Shown one piece after another: positions 48,638 to 57,957 of a DNA stretch of 64,000 bases. A program made the translations under genes and the position numbers. Numbering within the stretch: the stretch's first letter is position 1; every line of letters starts with the position of its first letter. Source of the stretch: Minisyncoccota bacterium. Its GTDB lineage: Bacteria; Patescibacteriota; Minisyncoccia; Phycocordibacterales; UBA9973. The notes beneath the pieces were generated by a model. That model was not told where the DNA came from, ran no database searches, and worked only from the letters and a program-made list of their open reading frames with translations. Location: positions 157,360-221,359 of the forward strand of contig JBAZRK010000001.1 in assembly GCA_041663005.1 (NCBI GenBank). The letters are read 5' to 3'.

Positions 48638-49168
48638 ATGGATTCAAATACAAGACAAATAAAGAAGATTTTTGAAAAGGCATATGCGGAGAACACGGAT
48701 GCGCTGTTTCGTTTCGCCTTGTATCGGGTTTCCGACCGAGAAATCGCCATAGACATCGTCGAAGATGCTTATGTCCGCTTCTGGCAGACACTCGAAAAGG
48801 AGGAGGTTAAGGAGCCTCGAGCTTTTCTATTTAAACTCACCCGCAATTTAATAATCGACTGGTATAGAAAGAGGAAGAGCGTACCAATTCAAGACTTCAG
48901 TGAAGGTGGCGCAGAAGGTGAGCGAGCAGAAATTTTTATGGATATGTTTGAAGGCAACATCCCTGGAGCGGACGTTGACCTCGAAGCAAGGCTTCTGGTA
49001 GAAAAGATACGAGAGCTCGAGCCAATATACCGCGAGGCTGTTTATCTCAGATACGTAGAGGAGCTTAGCCCGAAGGAGATATCAGCCATTACCGGAGAGC
49101 CTACTAACCTTATTTCTGTCCGTATCAACAGGGGACTCAAGTTGCTTAAAGCCGCCCTTCATATATAA
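48638..49168 (+). CDS. ECF-type RNA polymerase sigma-70 factor
   Basis: Region 2 (FRFALYRVSDREIAIDIVEDAYVRFW) and region 4 HTH (LSPKEISAITGEPTNLISVRINRGLKLL). Confidence 0.85.
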   Translation: MDSNTRQIKKIFEKAYAENTDALFRFALYRVSDREIAIDIVEDAYVRFWQTLEKEEVKEPRAFLFKLTRNLIIDWYRKRKSVPIQDFSEGGAEGERAEIFMDMFEGNIPGADVDLEARLLVEKIRELEPIYREAVYLRYVEELSPKEISAITGEPTNLISVRINRGLKLLKAALHI

Positions 49169-49179
49169 AATATAATAAA

Positions 49180-49881
49180 ATGAAAGAATTAAAAATTTTA
49201 AAAAAGTCAAAGCTTACCGAATCCGAAAAGAAGGAGCTATTTTCGCGCGTGAAAAAATCGGTAGAGACATTATCGGGCGGCGACGTAAAGGATCTGAACT
49301 ATCCTATACCAAGTCCGTTCTATCGATTTACTTTTATGAGCCACAGCACATATATGAAAGCTGGAGTCTTGGCGCTCCTTATTCTCTCACTCTCGGGAGC
49401 AACTGCTTATGCTTCACTTGGATCACTGCCGGGCGATATGCTGTACGGAGTAAAGGTAAACGTAGTGGAAAAAGTTTCTAAAATTGCCGCCCGTAGCCCA
49501 GAAAGCCGAGCTCGTCAGGAGTCAACTCAGATAGAACGCCGAGTGGATGAGTTTGAAAAACTTGCTGAGAAAGGGGAGCTCACTGAAGCAAAGACTCAAG
49601 TGATTGAGAAGCACATAGAAGAACGTTTGAAAGATTTTGACCGTAATGTTACCACAATCAAAGAAAGGAAAGGTAAAAATATTGAAAAAATTCGCGAAGA
49701 AGAGGACTTGGAAGAGAGGCTTGAGAAACACGCTGAAAGAATCCTCAAGATTCGCGAAGAAGATGAGAGCTCAGGAGAAGAGGCCCTGGAATCAGTTATT
49801 AGGAGAACAAAATTTGGAAAAGAGGGAGGGCGAGGTGAGCAGAAAAATGCCCCAATGTTTGAAATACGTTTAAACGATTAA
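49180..49881 (+). CDS. Membrane-anchored putative anti-sigma factor (DUF5667-like extracytoplasmic domain)
   Basis: Sits directly downstream of the ECF sigma. Single TM, LPGDMLYGVK motif, charged helical extracytoplasmic region. Confidence 0.45.
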   Translation: MKELKILKKSKLTESEKKELFSRVKKSVETLSGGDVKDLNYPIPSPFYRFTFMSHSTYMKAGVLALLILSLSGATAYASLGSLPGDMLYGVKVNVVEKVSKIAARSPESRARQESTQIERRVDEFEKLAEKGELTEAKTQVIEKHIEERLKDFDRNVTTIKERKGKNIEKIREEEDLEERLEKHAERILKIREEDESSGEEALESVIRRTKFGKEGGRGEQKNAPMFEIRLND

Positions 49882-49884
49882 ATT

Positions 49885-51009
49885 ATGTATTACAAATACA
49901 AAGTTCTAGAAAATAGACTGGACACGGAGAGCGTTCGGATTTTAACGCTGGCAGCCCACGATGAAACCCGAAGGCCATTGCTTTATCAGCCAGGGCAATA
50001 TGCTGCCCTAATACTCAACGACCAAGCGAGACCGACCAGTGCCAGATGCTTCTCGATTACTTCCTTGCCTGGACAACAACGAATTTTACAATTCAGTATG
50101 CGCGTAAGTGGGGTTTTCACTCGGGCACTCGAGCGCCTGGAGAAAGGCGACGAGGTTCTGGTGAGAGGGCCGTTCGGCTCCTTTGTATTCAACGAGAATC
50201 TACACCAAGACCTGGTGATGTTCGCCGGTGGTATAGGGCTCGCCCCGTTTATGAGTATGATTCGATATGCATCTCATTTAAAATTAAAAAACAAACTCAC
50301 GCTCGTATATAGTTGTCGCACGGAAGATGATATCTCTTTCCTTAAGGAACTCCAAGGGCTTGAGATGAGTAACCCCAGTCTCAAAGTAGTTTATGTTATA
50401 AGCGATGGACCTGTCGACCGAGCTCGAGCTCAAGGACTCAAGGTAATTTCTGGACGAGTTGATAGGTCGAACATCGGCAAATTAGGCCTATCATATCAAG
50501 AACAAATTTATATGATTTGCGGACCTAAGGGTTATATGTCGGCTATGCATTCGCTCCTTAAAGGCTCTGGCGCGCCAAAAGAAAACATTCTTACTGAAGC
50601 CTTCAGCCAAGGATCACGTTTGCAGAGTGAGAAGTCTACCAGCTGGCCATTCAATATGTACGCTCTCACGGGAATGTCGCTCCTTATATCAGGTATTTTT
50701 GTTATGGCCTCTGACTTAGCTAAAACAGCACCTCAAGCAAACATTGAAAGTTCCAACTCTCAAACAAATTCAAATCCAGACCTTTCTTCGTTGAGTTTAC
50801 TTGAAAAAATAAACGCCTTAGGTCCACAAGTCGATACTAATATTTCACAACCACCGATTATAAAATATAAACCGAGCACGGTGACTACCGTATCGAATAC
50901 GCCAGTAATAAAACCAACACCCGCACCTACTCCTACTCCTGTCGTAGTGCAACCCGCGCCGAAACCAACCGTGATTCCTAAAACTAAACCGAGGACCAGA
51001 GTCTCATGA
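49885..51009 (+). CDS. FNR/Fre-family FAD- and NAD(P)H-binding reductase, tail-anchored by a C-terminal TM helix with Pro/Thr-rich extracytoplasmic tail
   Basis: RCFSITS (RxYS FAD motif), GGIGLAPF (NAD(P)H motif), CGP motif, then TM (YALTGMSLLISGIFVMA) and a PTPAPTPTPVV tail. Confidence 0.7.
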   Translation: MYYKYKVLENRLDTESVRILTLAAHDETRRPLLYQPGQYAALILNDQARPTSARCFSITSLPGQQRILQFSMRVSGVFTRALERLEKGDEVLVRGPFGSFVFNENLHQDLVMFAGGIGLAPFMSMIRYASHLKLKNKLTLVYSCRTEDDISFLKELQGLEMSNPSLKVVYVISDGPVDRARAQGLKVISGRVDRSNIGKLGLSYQEQIYMICGPKGYMSAMHSLLKGSGAPKENILTEAFSQGSRLQSEKSTSWPFNMYALTGMSLLISGIFVMASDLAKTAPQANIESSNSQTNSNPDLSSLSLLEKINALGPQVDTNISQPPIIKYKPSTVTTVSNTPVIKPTPAPTPTPVVVQPAPKPTVIPKTKPRTRVS

Positions 51010-51926
51010 TTAAACAAGCCTATATGCAAAGCGGGCAAGCGCTAGGTACCGAAGTAGAACTTCGGCTCGTGGTTACTGATTTCCAAACTGCGGAAGACAA
51101 TTTTAAAATTCTATGGAAGGAAATTTATGATTTCGAAAAGCGGTACAGTCGTTTCAACATAGATAGCGACGTAACCAAACTCAACATGAACGCCGGCAAG
51201 CCCATGCTCATCTCTCCAGAGCTTGTGGATATATTGGAACAAGCAAAAAAGTTTGCAGCTATAACCGGAGGATTGTTTAATATATTTGTTTTACCTGAAG
51301 TGGAGCGTGGAGGTTATATCGAATCAATGACCCCCAAACCAGGCCAGCAAATTATAGACTACACTGACAGGAAAGTAGTCGATATGAGTTCGCTAAATAT
51401 TGGCAATGGTTCTGTGTCGATTCCTCAAAATACAGCAATAGACCTAGGTGGCATCGGCAAAGGTTATTTATTGGATAAATTGGCGAGTATTCTAGAAGGA
51501 AGAATAGAAAATTATTGCTTGTCGCTCGGTGGAGATATGATTTTGAAAGGGCAGGAGATTAGCAAAAATTGGGAAGTGGATGTCCAGTCAGGTGTTGATC
51601 GCACTAGGAACGTTGCTCTTTTTGTGGGCTCGGGCCGCACCGAAGCCGTTGCAACCTCAGGAATGATACGAGAGAAAGGCGGCAAACGTCAAATACACAT
51701 AGTTGACCCGCGGGAGGAGAAAAATTCCGGAAGTACGTTTGCCCTGTGTAGCGTGGCGGCAGTAGGAGCAACGGCTGCCGATGTAATCGCTTCGGCCCTT
51801 ATAATTGGCGAGGAGGAGCTGGCAGAAGAGTTAATTAGACAAGGACATATAAGCGCAGTATTATTACAGAAGAGAACTGGCGGGGAACCCATAATTTTTG
51901 GTGCGGGTTTTAAAATGAATTCATAA
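51006..51926 (+). CDS. apbE: FAD:protein FMN transferase (ApbE family)
   Basis: ApbE motif DLGGIGKGYLLD. ATGA overlap with the reductase gene (translational coupling). No signal peptide. Confidence 0.85.
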   Translation: MIKQAYMQSGQALGTEVELRLVVTDFQTAEDNFKILWKEIYDFEKRYSRFNIDSDVTKLNMNAGKPMLISPELVDILEQAKKFAAITGGLFNIFVLPEVERGGYIESMTPKPGQQIIDYTDRKVVDMSSLNIGNGSVSIPQNTAIDLGGIGKGYLLDKLASILEGRIENYCLSLGGDMILKGQEISKNWEVDVQSGVDRTRNVALFVGSGRTEAVATSGMIREKGGKRQIHIVDPREEKNSGSTFALCSVAAVGATAADVIASALIIGEEELAEELIRQGHISAVLLQKRTGGEPIIFGAGFKMNS

Positions 51927-51927
51927 T

Positions 51928-52659
51928 ATGAAAAAAAATATTTCAAAATTGGGCATAATATTCATTTTAAGTCTGATGGTCATAGCGTTATTTTCATCAT
52001 TTGCATTTGCTCTAGCCACGGAAAAGAGTGGGGGCACGAATGCGAACGTGGTTTTAGATGGCAGTGGCTCCTCTGTCATGGAAACGGTTTTCACGAAGCT
52101 CGGAACTTCGTGGCCATGGTACTTAACTCGCGCTTCCGGACTTGTCGCTGGCATATTAATGTTCATCTTAATTTTATCCGGGATGGGTTTTATAACCGGA
52201 CATGCGTTTAATTTTCTTGAGCCAATTACAGCCTGGGCCTCACACCGAGCTTTAGGTATCGCCCTGGGTATTTCGCTCATTCTGCACATTGGCTCACTGT
52301 ATTTCGACAGCTTCGTACCGTTTGATGTGAAATCATTATTTATCCCTTTCGCTTCTACGTACAGGCCGACAACTATTCTAGGGTTTAGTGTTGGATCGCT
52401 ATATGTGGCATTAGGGATATTTGCGTTCTATATTTTATTGGCGGTAATTCTCACCTCGCTATTTTGGATAGATAAAAAACCAAAAACTTGGAAGTTCACC
52501 CATCTCTTGAGCTACCTGGCGATGGTTCTAGTGTTCCTACACGCGCTATACTTGGGAACTGATCTAACTAGTGGTGCACTTCGCTATATATGGATAGGGC
52601 TAATGCTTATCCTCGCTTGGGCCGGGATTGCTCGGCTGAAGAGAGTTGGAACAGTATGA
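51928..52659 (+). CDS. Ferric-reductase-like transmembrane di-haem protein (MsrQ/NOX membrane-domain family)
   Basis: Six predicted TM helices and two H-x13-H pairs (SHRALGIALGISLILH and THLLSYLAMVLVFLH), typical of bis-His haem b ligation in ferric reductase domains. Confidence 0.65.
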   Translation: MKKNISKLGIIFILSLMVIALFSSFAFALATEKSGGTNANVVLDGSGSSVMETVFTKLGTSWPWYLTRASGLVAGILMFILILSGMGFITGHAFNFLEPITAWASHRALGIALGISLILHIGSLYFDSFVPFDVKSLFIPFASTYRPTTILGFSVGSLYVALGIFAFYILLAVILTSLFWIDKKPKTWKFTHLLSYLAMVLVFLHALYLGTDLTSGALRYIWIGLMLILAWAGIARLKRVGTV

Positions 52660-53324
52660 TTGCAAAAATTTTTAATAAATTAAACAGCCTTTTTCATAAA
52701 ACACCTTTTATTTGGGCACTGTTATATTTCGCGATTATAGGTGGCTCAGTCGCCTTCGCTGCAAACTTTTATGAGAAAATTAAAATGGATCAACTTCCAA
52801 GTGGCAACATAGAGCTCGTAACAAGTAAAAATAAATACAACCTTGGTGATGAAATCAAGTTTACGGTGATGAACCATTTTTCCGTGAGTATTTACGTAAC
52901 CAATCAATGCCCGAATGAGCCATTGAATGTTTATCGCTGGGAAAATGGTGAGTGGAACCAAATTCATGACCAGGCGAAGGACAGCGAAGCGGAATGCTAC
53001 GATGAGGAAAGGAATGTAGAAATTTTACCAGAAAATTCTAAGAGTTATAACTTTAACGACTGGCCGAATTTATTTAAAAATCCTGGAGTATATAGATTGG
53101 CTATGACGGTGGATCATTCGAGTGACGTATTCTTTACGGATTTTGCAATTTTGGAGCCGGCAAAAGTGACTGAGGTCGTCCTACCGGGGGCACTTGTGCC
53201 AAGTTTGATAGAAAAATCTGAGGCACAGGTAGATCAAACCATAAAAGAGGATATTAACGAGGAGGACAATTATAATAAAGTTTATCGTGATGATGACGAG
53301 TTTGAAGAAGAAGATGATGATTAA
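52656..53324 (+). CDS. Membrane-anchored extracytoplasmic hypothetical protein with poly-acidic C-terminus
   Basis: One N-terminal TM, beta-rich domain, DDDEFEEEDDD tail. Operonic with the redox genes. Confidence 0.45.
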   Translation: MIAKIFNKLNSLFHKTPFIWALLYFAIIGGSVAFAANFYEKIKMDQLPSGNIELVTSKNKYNLGDEIKFTVMNHFSVSIYVTNQCPNEPLNVYRWENGEWNQIHDQAKDSEAECYDEERNVEILPENSKSYNFNDWPNLFKNPGVYRLAMTVDHSSDVFFTDFAILEPAKVTEVVLPGALVPSLIEKSEAQVDQTIKEDINEEDNYNKVYRDDDEFEEEDDD

Positions 53325-53610
53325 AGTAAATATTAAAAAACTAAAAGGCACCTTGCTACAGAAAAAAGTTTGGGGAGCACTTTTGAAAATTCCAAGAGGG
53401 GAGACACTTACCTACAAAGAGCTTGCTAAAAAAGTCGGCAAGCCGCGTGCAATACGTGCGGTCGCAAATGCCGTTGGGGCGAACCCCTTGGCGCCTACCA
53501 TACCGTGCCACCGAGTAGTGCGTAGCGACGGCAAGCTCGGAGGTTACTCAGGCCGAGGCGGAGTAAAAACCAAACTTGCTCTGCTTAGGAAAGAAGGCGT
53601 TTTCAGATAA
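53314..53610 (+). CDS. ogt: Methylated-DNA--protein-cysteine methyltransferase (DNA-binding/catalytic domain only)
   Basis: Active-site PCHRV and an HTH-like region. Confidence 0.8.
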   Translation: MMIKVNIKKLKGTLLQKKVWGALLKIPRGETLTYKELAKKVGKPRAIRAVANAVGANPLAPTIPCHRVVRSDGKLGGYSGRGGVKTKLALLRKEGVFR

Positions 53611-53634
53611 TTTTGTATTTCTCGATATGATATA

Positions 53635-54381
53635 ATGAAGTGCATGAAAAAGTCACTGATGATTTTAATAATTCTCTTGGCGATAGGAGCTGGAGCCTAC
53701 TACCTGTATAAACAGAGCCGACCAATAGTCGTCGAGAACACCACTGTTGATGATACAAAGGACGAAACTCCGATAAGCATTGCAACTAAAGAAATAAGAG
53801 AAGAAAACTATATGGGCTCCAAGCCTGAAATTACCGGCACAACGAAGCTCGCCATCACAGCCCGAGAATACATCGAGCAGGCAGTTAAAACTTTTGGCGA
53901 CCAAGCGAACGCCGACGTGCCGGCAATGCGCGAGGAATTCGGTCCTGACAGCCCAACAGCTAGCTATTCAATAGAGATACAAGCATCACTAATGGAAAGT
54001 GCTAATACTGAATCGATAATAATTAGCGAATATGTATACTCTGGGGGTGCCCACGGCTCCAGTTCCTATAGAGTACTCACTGCTTCAAAGGAAAACGGAG
54101 AAATTTTGACGTTGAGCGACATTGTAAAACAAGACAAGCAAGGAGAGTTCACATCGCTAGTAAAAAATAAACTGATAGCTTGGCGTCCGTCAGGTAGCGG
54201 GGACGCGCCGGTAGTTTTCCCTGAGGATGTGGCTAATTTAACTTTCTACTCGTTCACAAACTGGGCACTTAATGACGAAAATTTAATTATCTACTTCAGT
54301 CAATATGAAGTAGGTCCGGGCGTTTTGGGAGCCTTTGGTCTACCTATCACGCTTAGTGAAATCAAGGACTTGCTCCTGTAA
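53635..54381 (+). CDS. DUF4163/DUF3298 (RsiV-like) domain protein, membrane-anchored
   Basis: N-terminal TM, YSGGAHG motif characteristic of DUF3298. Confidence 0.6.
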   Translation: MKCMKKSLMILIILLAIGAGAYYLYKQSRPIVVENTTVDDTKDETPISIATKEIREENYMGSKPEITGTTKLAITAREYIEQAVKTFGDQANADVPAMREEFGPDSPTASYSIEIQASLMESANTESIIISEYVYSGGAHGSSSYRVLTASKENGEILTLSDIVKQDKQGEFTSLVKNKLIAWRPSGSGDAPVVFPEDVANLTFYSFTNWALNDENLIIYFSQYEVGPGVLGAFGLPITLSEIKDLLL

Positions 54382-54472
54382 TAAAAGCCCATCAGGAACG
54401 TCTTAGTAAGTAAGGAGAAGCTTTTCGTCGAAGCGGTCCTTAACATTACTAAACTAATTATTATTAAAACTT

Positions 54473-54961
54473 ATGAAAACAAAAGTATTTTTTCTGGCTC
54501 TTGCTCTAGTGTTGCTAGGATCAGCAGTTGGCGCTGGAAGCGTTAGTGCTCAGACAGCAAGCTTTCCAGAGGGTTGCGCTTCGGGACTCGGTTACAGTAT
54601 TACCTCAGGGGAACCTTGCAACGGTACAAACAACGCAGTAACCAACTTCTTGCCCGGATGTACTACTGCACTGGGCTACAGCACTGTTAATGGTGCAGCT
54701 TGCAGTGGTGGACCTATTGCCATTGAGTGGCTTGCAGGTTGTAGCTCTATCTTAGGCTACAGTACGGTAAACGGTATGCCTTGTAACGGTACGGCAACAG
54801 CTTACCTAACTACACCTTCACCCTACTACATCCCGTCAGTTCCGGGATTACCTACCACTGGTTCAGGTGATAATGCGCTGATAAATTTCTTATTCTTGGG
54901 AAGCTCCGCTTTGGTGGTTGCTCTAGGAATAAATTTTCTTTCGCGCAAGTCACAGGCGTAA
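54473..54961 (+). CDS. LPXTG-anchored surface protein with three tandem Cys-containing repeats
   Basis: Signal peptide. Three repeats of GC-x3-LGYS-x2-(S/N)G-x2-CNG. C-terminal LPTTG, hydrophobic helix and RKSQA sorting signal. Confidence 0.65.
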   Translation: MKTKVFFLALALVLLGSAVGAGSVSAQTASFPEGCASGLGYSITSGEPCNGTNNAVTNFLPGCTTALGYSTVNGAACSGGPIAIEWLAGCSSILGYSTVNGMPCNGTATAYLTTPSPYYIPSVPGLPTTGSGDNALINFLFLGSSALVVALGINFLSRKSQA

Positions 54962-55072
54962 GGGACCTAAAGGTATTTAGGCGGGCGTTGTCGTAAGATG
55001 CTCGCCTTTTACCTTTTTTATACAAAATTTTGTTTTAAAGTCTTGATAATATAATATATAAGAGTATAGCTA

Positions 55073-55687
55073 ATGAATTTACAAACTAAAAAAACTTTAG
55101 TTAGAGTTCTCATCATTGCCGCCGTTTTAATTTTCGGTTTTATTTTATTGCGAGCCTTTTATTACGCACCTAACGACGAGGTACAGATATCGCCGGAGGC
55201 CGTGGAACCTCTATCAAACGAAGCTATCGCCATCAAGTCTTTCAGTGGCACACCAGGGAAGCTTTCAATACCTAAAATAAAAGTAGAAACTAAAATTCAA
55301 GAAGTTGGCGTCACTAACAAAGGGAATATGGCCGCGCCGAATAATTTCGTCGACGTCGGTTGGTACAAGTATGGAACTATTCCCGGCAACGTAGGGAGTG
55401 CAGTAATTGCCGGACACGTAAACAATGGCATAGCCCTACCCGCTGTTTTTTCTAATTTAAAGGATTTAGTAGAAGGGGACGATATTTATATAACTAACGA
55501 CACGGGAGAAACCCTGCATTTCAAAGTGACGGGCAGTAAGATTTACGACTACAACGCCAAGGCGGATGAAGTCTTCGCAGGAGACGACAGCAGGACGCTC
55601 CGACTTATAACCTGCTCCGGCGTCTGGGTAAAGGAGTTCCGAACCCACAATAAAAGACTCGTGGTAAGTGCAGTGTTGTCGGAATAA
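55073..55687 (+). CDS. Sortase family transpeptidase
   Basis: N-terminal TM anchor, catalytic His (AGHV), TLxTC active site LRLITCSG. Adjacent to an LPXTG substrate. Confidence 0.8.
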   Translation: MNLQTKKTLVRVLIIAAVLIFGFILLRAFYYAPNDEVQISPEAVEPLSNEAIAIKSFSGTPGKLSIPKIKVETKIQEVGVTNKGNMAAPNNFVDVGWYKYGTIPGNVGSAVIAGHVNNGIALPAVFSNLKDLVEGDDIYITNDTGETLHFKVTGSKIYDYNAKADEVFAGDDSRTLRLITCSGVWVKEFRTHNKRLVVSAVLSE

Positions 55688-55710
55688 AATTTTAATGTTA
55701 ATATAGCCAA

Positions 55711-56082
55711 ATGAGGCAAAAAGTGATAATTCTTGGCGTAATCGCCTTGGCTATAATTTTTGTTATAACTTTCTCGTTTAATCGTGCCCCTAAAACAGAA
55801 ACAGCGAACCTTGCAGCAACCCCCAAGGTACAAAATTCTCCGACTAATGAATTCTCTTCATCAGATGTTGCCCTTCACGCTGATTCCACAAGCTGTTGGA
55901 CGATAGTACGAGGTAATGTCTATGATTTAACGGGGTGGATTGTCAAACATCCGGGAGGAGAACAGGCCATCTTAGGACTCTGTGGGAAGGACGGCACAAC
56001 AGCATTCGAAAATCAGCACGGTGGTATGGAAAAGCAAGAGCAGATACTCGCTACATTTAAAATTGGTATATTAAAAGACTAA
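55711..56082 (+). CDS. Membrane-anchored cytochrome b5-like haem-binding protein
   Basis: HPGG motif (KHPGGEQAILGLCGKDGT) and second His (ENQHGG). N-terminal TM. Confidence 0.7.
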   Translation: MRQKVIILGVIALAIIFVITFSFNRAPKTETANLAATPKVQNSPTNEFSSSDVALHADSTSCWTIVRGNVYDLTGWIVKHPGGEQAILGLCGKDGTTAFENQHGGMEKQEQILATFKIGILKD

Positions 56083-56091
56083 TTATTAGAA

Positions 56092-56499
56092 ATGCACTAC
56101 TCATCAGAAAAAATGAAAACCTTCGCTCCGATAGTTATACGTATCGGTTTGGCGCTGGTCTTTTTATGGTTTGGTTATCAGCAGATATTTAGTACAGATA
56201 TGTGGACGATTCTCATTCCGCAATGGGCAGTGAACCTCTCAGGTCTTTCAGCATACAGTTTGGTGCTAATCAATGGTTGGTTTGAAGTTATTTTCGGTTT
56301 CCTCTTATTGCTTGGTATTTTTACTCGCATTTCAGCTTTTCTCCTGGCTCTTCATATGTTACATATCACTTCTGTGGTGGGTTACAACAACATTGGCGTC
56401 AGAGATTTCGGTCTATCTATGGCAGCAATTTCAGTATTTCTTAACGGCGTTGATATGTGGAGCTTAGATAAGTTATTTATTAAAAATAATGAAAAATAA
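56092..56499 (+). CDS. DoxX family membrane protein
   Basis: Four TM helices with a DoxX-like pattern (IRIGLALVFLWFG...). Confidence 0.7.
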   Translation: MHYSSEKMKTFAPIVIRIGLALVFLWFGYQQIFSTDMWTILIPQWAVNLSGLSAYSLVLINGWFEVIFGFLLLLGIFTRISAFLLALHMLHITSVVGYNNIGVRDFGLSMAAISVFLNGVDMWSLDKLFIKNNEK

Positions 56500-57955
56500 T
56501 ATGCCGAAAAATTTAGGACAGGGGATTACTTTCGACGATATTTTGCTGGTACCCAACTACAGCGAAGTTTTACCAAGGAATGCGGTTACTAAAACACGAC
56601 TCACTAAAAACATAAATCTATATATTCCCTTTATGTCCGCGGCTATGGATACCGTAACCGAATCCAAAATGGCCATAGCTATGGCTGAACTCGGGGGCAT
56701 AGGTATAATTCATAAAAATCTCTCAATCGCCGATCAGGCTCACGAAGTTGAGCTAGTAAAGCGACACGAGTCCGGGAGAATTATAGACCCCATAACTGTA
56801 CCCATAACGGCGACAGTCGGGGATGTATTCGAAATACAAAAGAAGCGCTATATCGGAGGTTTCCCGGTCTTGGATGCTGACGGGACTTTAGTCGGGCTTG
56901 TTACTAGTCGAGACCTGAGATTCCAGAAAGATGAGAAAACGCTGATTAAAGACATTATGACGACTAAGCTCGTAACTGGTGGACCGAAAACGACCGTCGA
57001 GGAGGCTAATAGCTTGTTTAGCAAATATGGTATCGAGAAGCTCCCACTAGTCGATAAGAATAATAAATTAGTTGGATTAATAACTTACCGCGACATAGCA
57101 AAATCCAAAGAGTATCCGAATGCAACTAAAGACAACCTCGGACGACTTTGCGTAGGGGCAGCAGTGGGGGCTGGAAAGGATGTCCTCACTCAGGTTGAGG
57201 CACTGGTAAAGAGTAACGTAGACCTGGTATGCGTTGACACTGCTCACGGACATTCGCACGGAGTAATTGACGCCGTGAAGAGAATCAGGAAGGCATATCC
57301 GAAACTCGATATTGTCGCTGGCAATGTTGCTACAGGTGCTGCAGCCCTCGCCTTAATTAAAGCTGGCGCCAATGCAATCAAGGTGGGCATCGGCCCCGGT
57401 TCTATCTGCACAACCCGCATAGTCTCCGGTGTAGGCGTACCGCAACTTTCTGCCGTATCTTCGGTCTATGAAGTTTGTAAAAAATTAGATATACCGGTAA
57501 TTGCCGATGGCGGTATAAAAAATAGCGGGGACGTAGTCAAGGCGCTCGTATTTGGCGCAGACGTGGTGATGGGTGGGAGTATGTTTGCCGGCACCGACGA
57601 AGCTCCGGGTGACACAATAAGTATGAACGATCAAAAATTCAAAAAGTACCGAGGTATGGGCTCCCTAGGTGCCATGCAAAGAGGCTCCAAGGACCGATAT
57701 TTCCAAGAGGACCAATATGACTTAACCAAGCTCGTGCCGGAAGGTGTTTCTGGGCACGTATCATACAAAGGTGCGCTTTCAGAAGTTTTACATCAGTTTG
57801 TCGGCGGACTTCGAGCTGGAATGGGTTATCTCGGCGCAGAAAGCATCCCGAAGTTAAGAGACGCATCTTATTATACGATATCCAAAGCAGGGCTTGATGA
57901 AAGTCATATTCACGACATCTTCATGGTCAGCCCGGCTCCTAACTACAAAAAGTAA
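56489..57955 (+). CDS. guaB: IMP dehydrogenase
   Basis: TIM barrel with CBS pair, catalytic loop [11 protein letters not shown]. Confidence 0.95.
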   Translation: MKNNMPKNLGQGITFDDILLVPNYSEVLPRNAVTKTRLTKNINLYIPFMSAAMDTVTESKMAIAMAELGGIGIIHKNLSIADQAHEVELVKRHESGRIIDPITVPITATVGDVFEIQKKRYIGGFPVLDADGTLVGLVTSRDLRFQKDEKTLIKDIMTTKLVTGGPKTTVEEANSLFSKYGIEKLPLVDKNNKLVGLITYRDIAKSKEYPNATKDNLGRLCVGAAVGAGKDVLTQVEALVKSNVDLVCVDTAHGHSHGVIDAVKRIRKAYPKLDIVAGNVATGAAALALIKAGANAIKVGIGPGSICTTRIVSGVGVPQLSAVSSVYEVCKKLDIPVIADGGIKNSGDVVKALVFGADVVMGGSMFAGTDEAPGDTISMNDQKFKKYRGMGSLGAMQRGSKDRYFQEDQYDLTKLVPEGVSGHVSYKGALSEVLHQFVGGLRAGMGYLGAESIPKLRDASYYTISKAGLDESHIHDIFMVSPAPNYKK

Positions 57956-57957
57956 AA

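Noticed and set aside
54560-54790. Nucleotide tandem repeats inside the LPXTG protein gene as a possible non-coding repeat array
   Set aside because: The repeats are degenerate at DNA level and conserved at protein level (Cys/Gly positions), so they are coding repeats.
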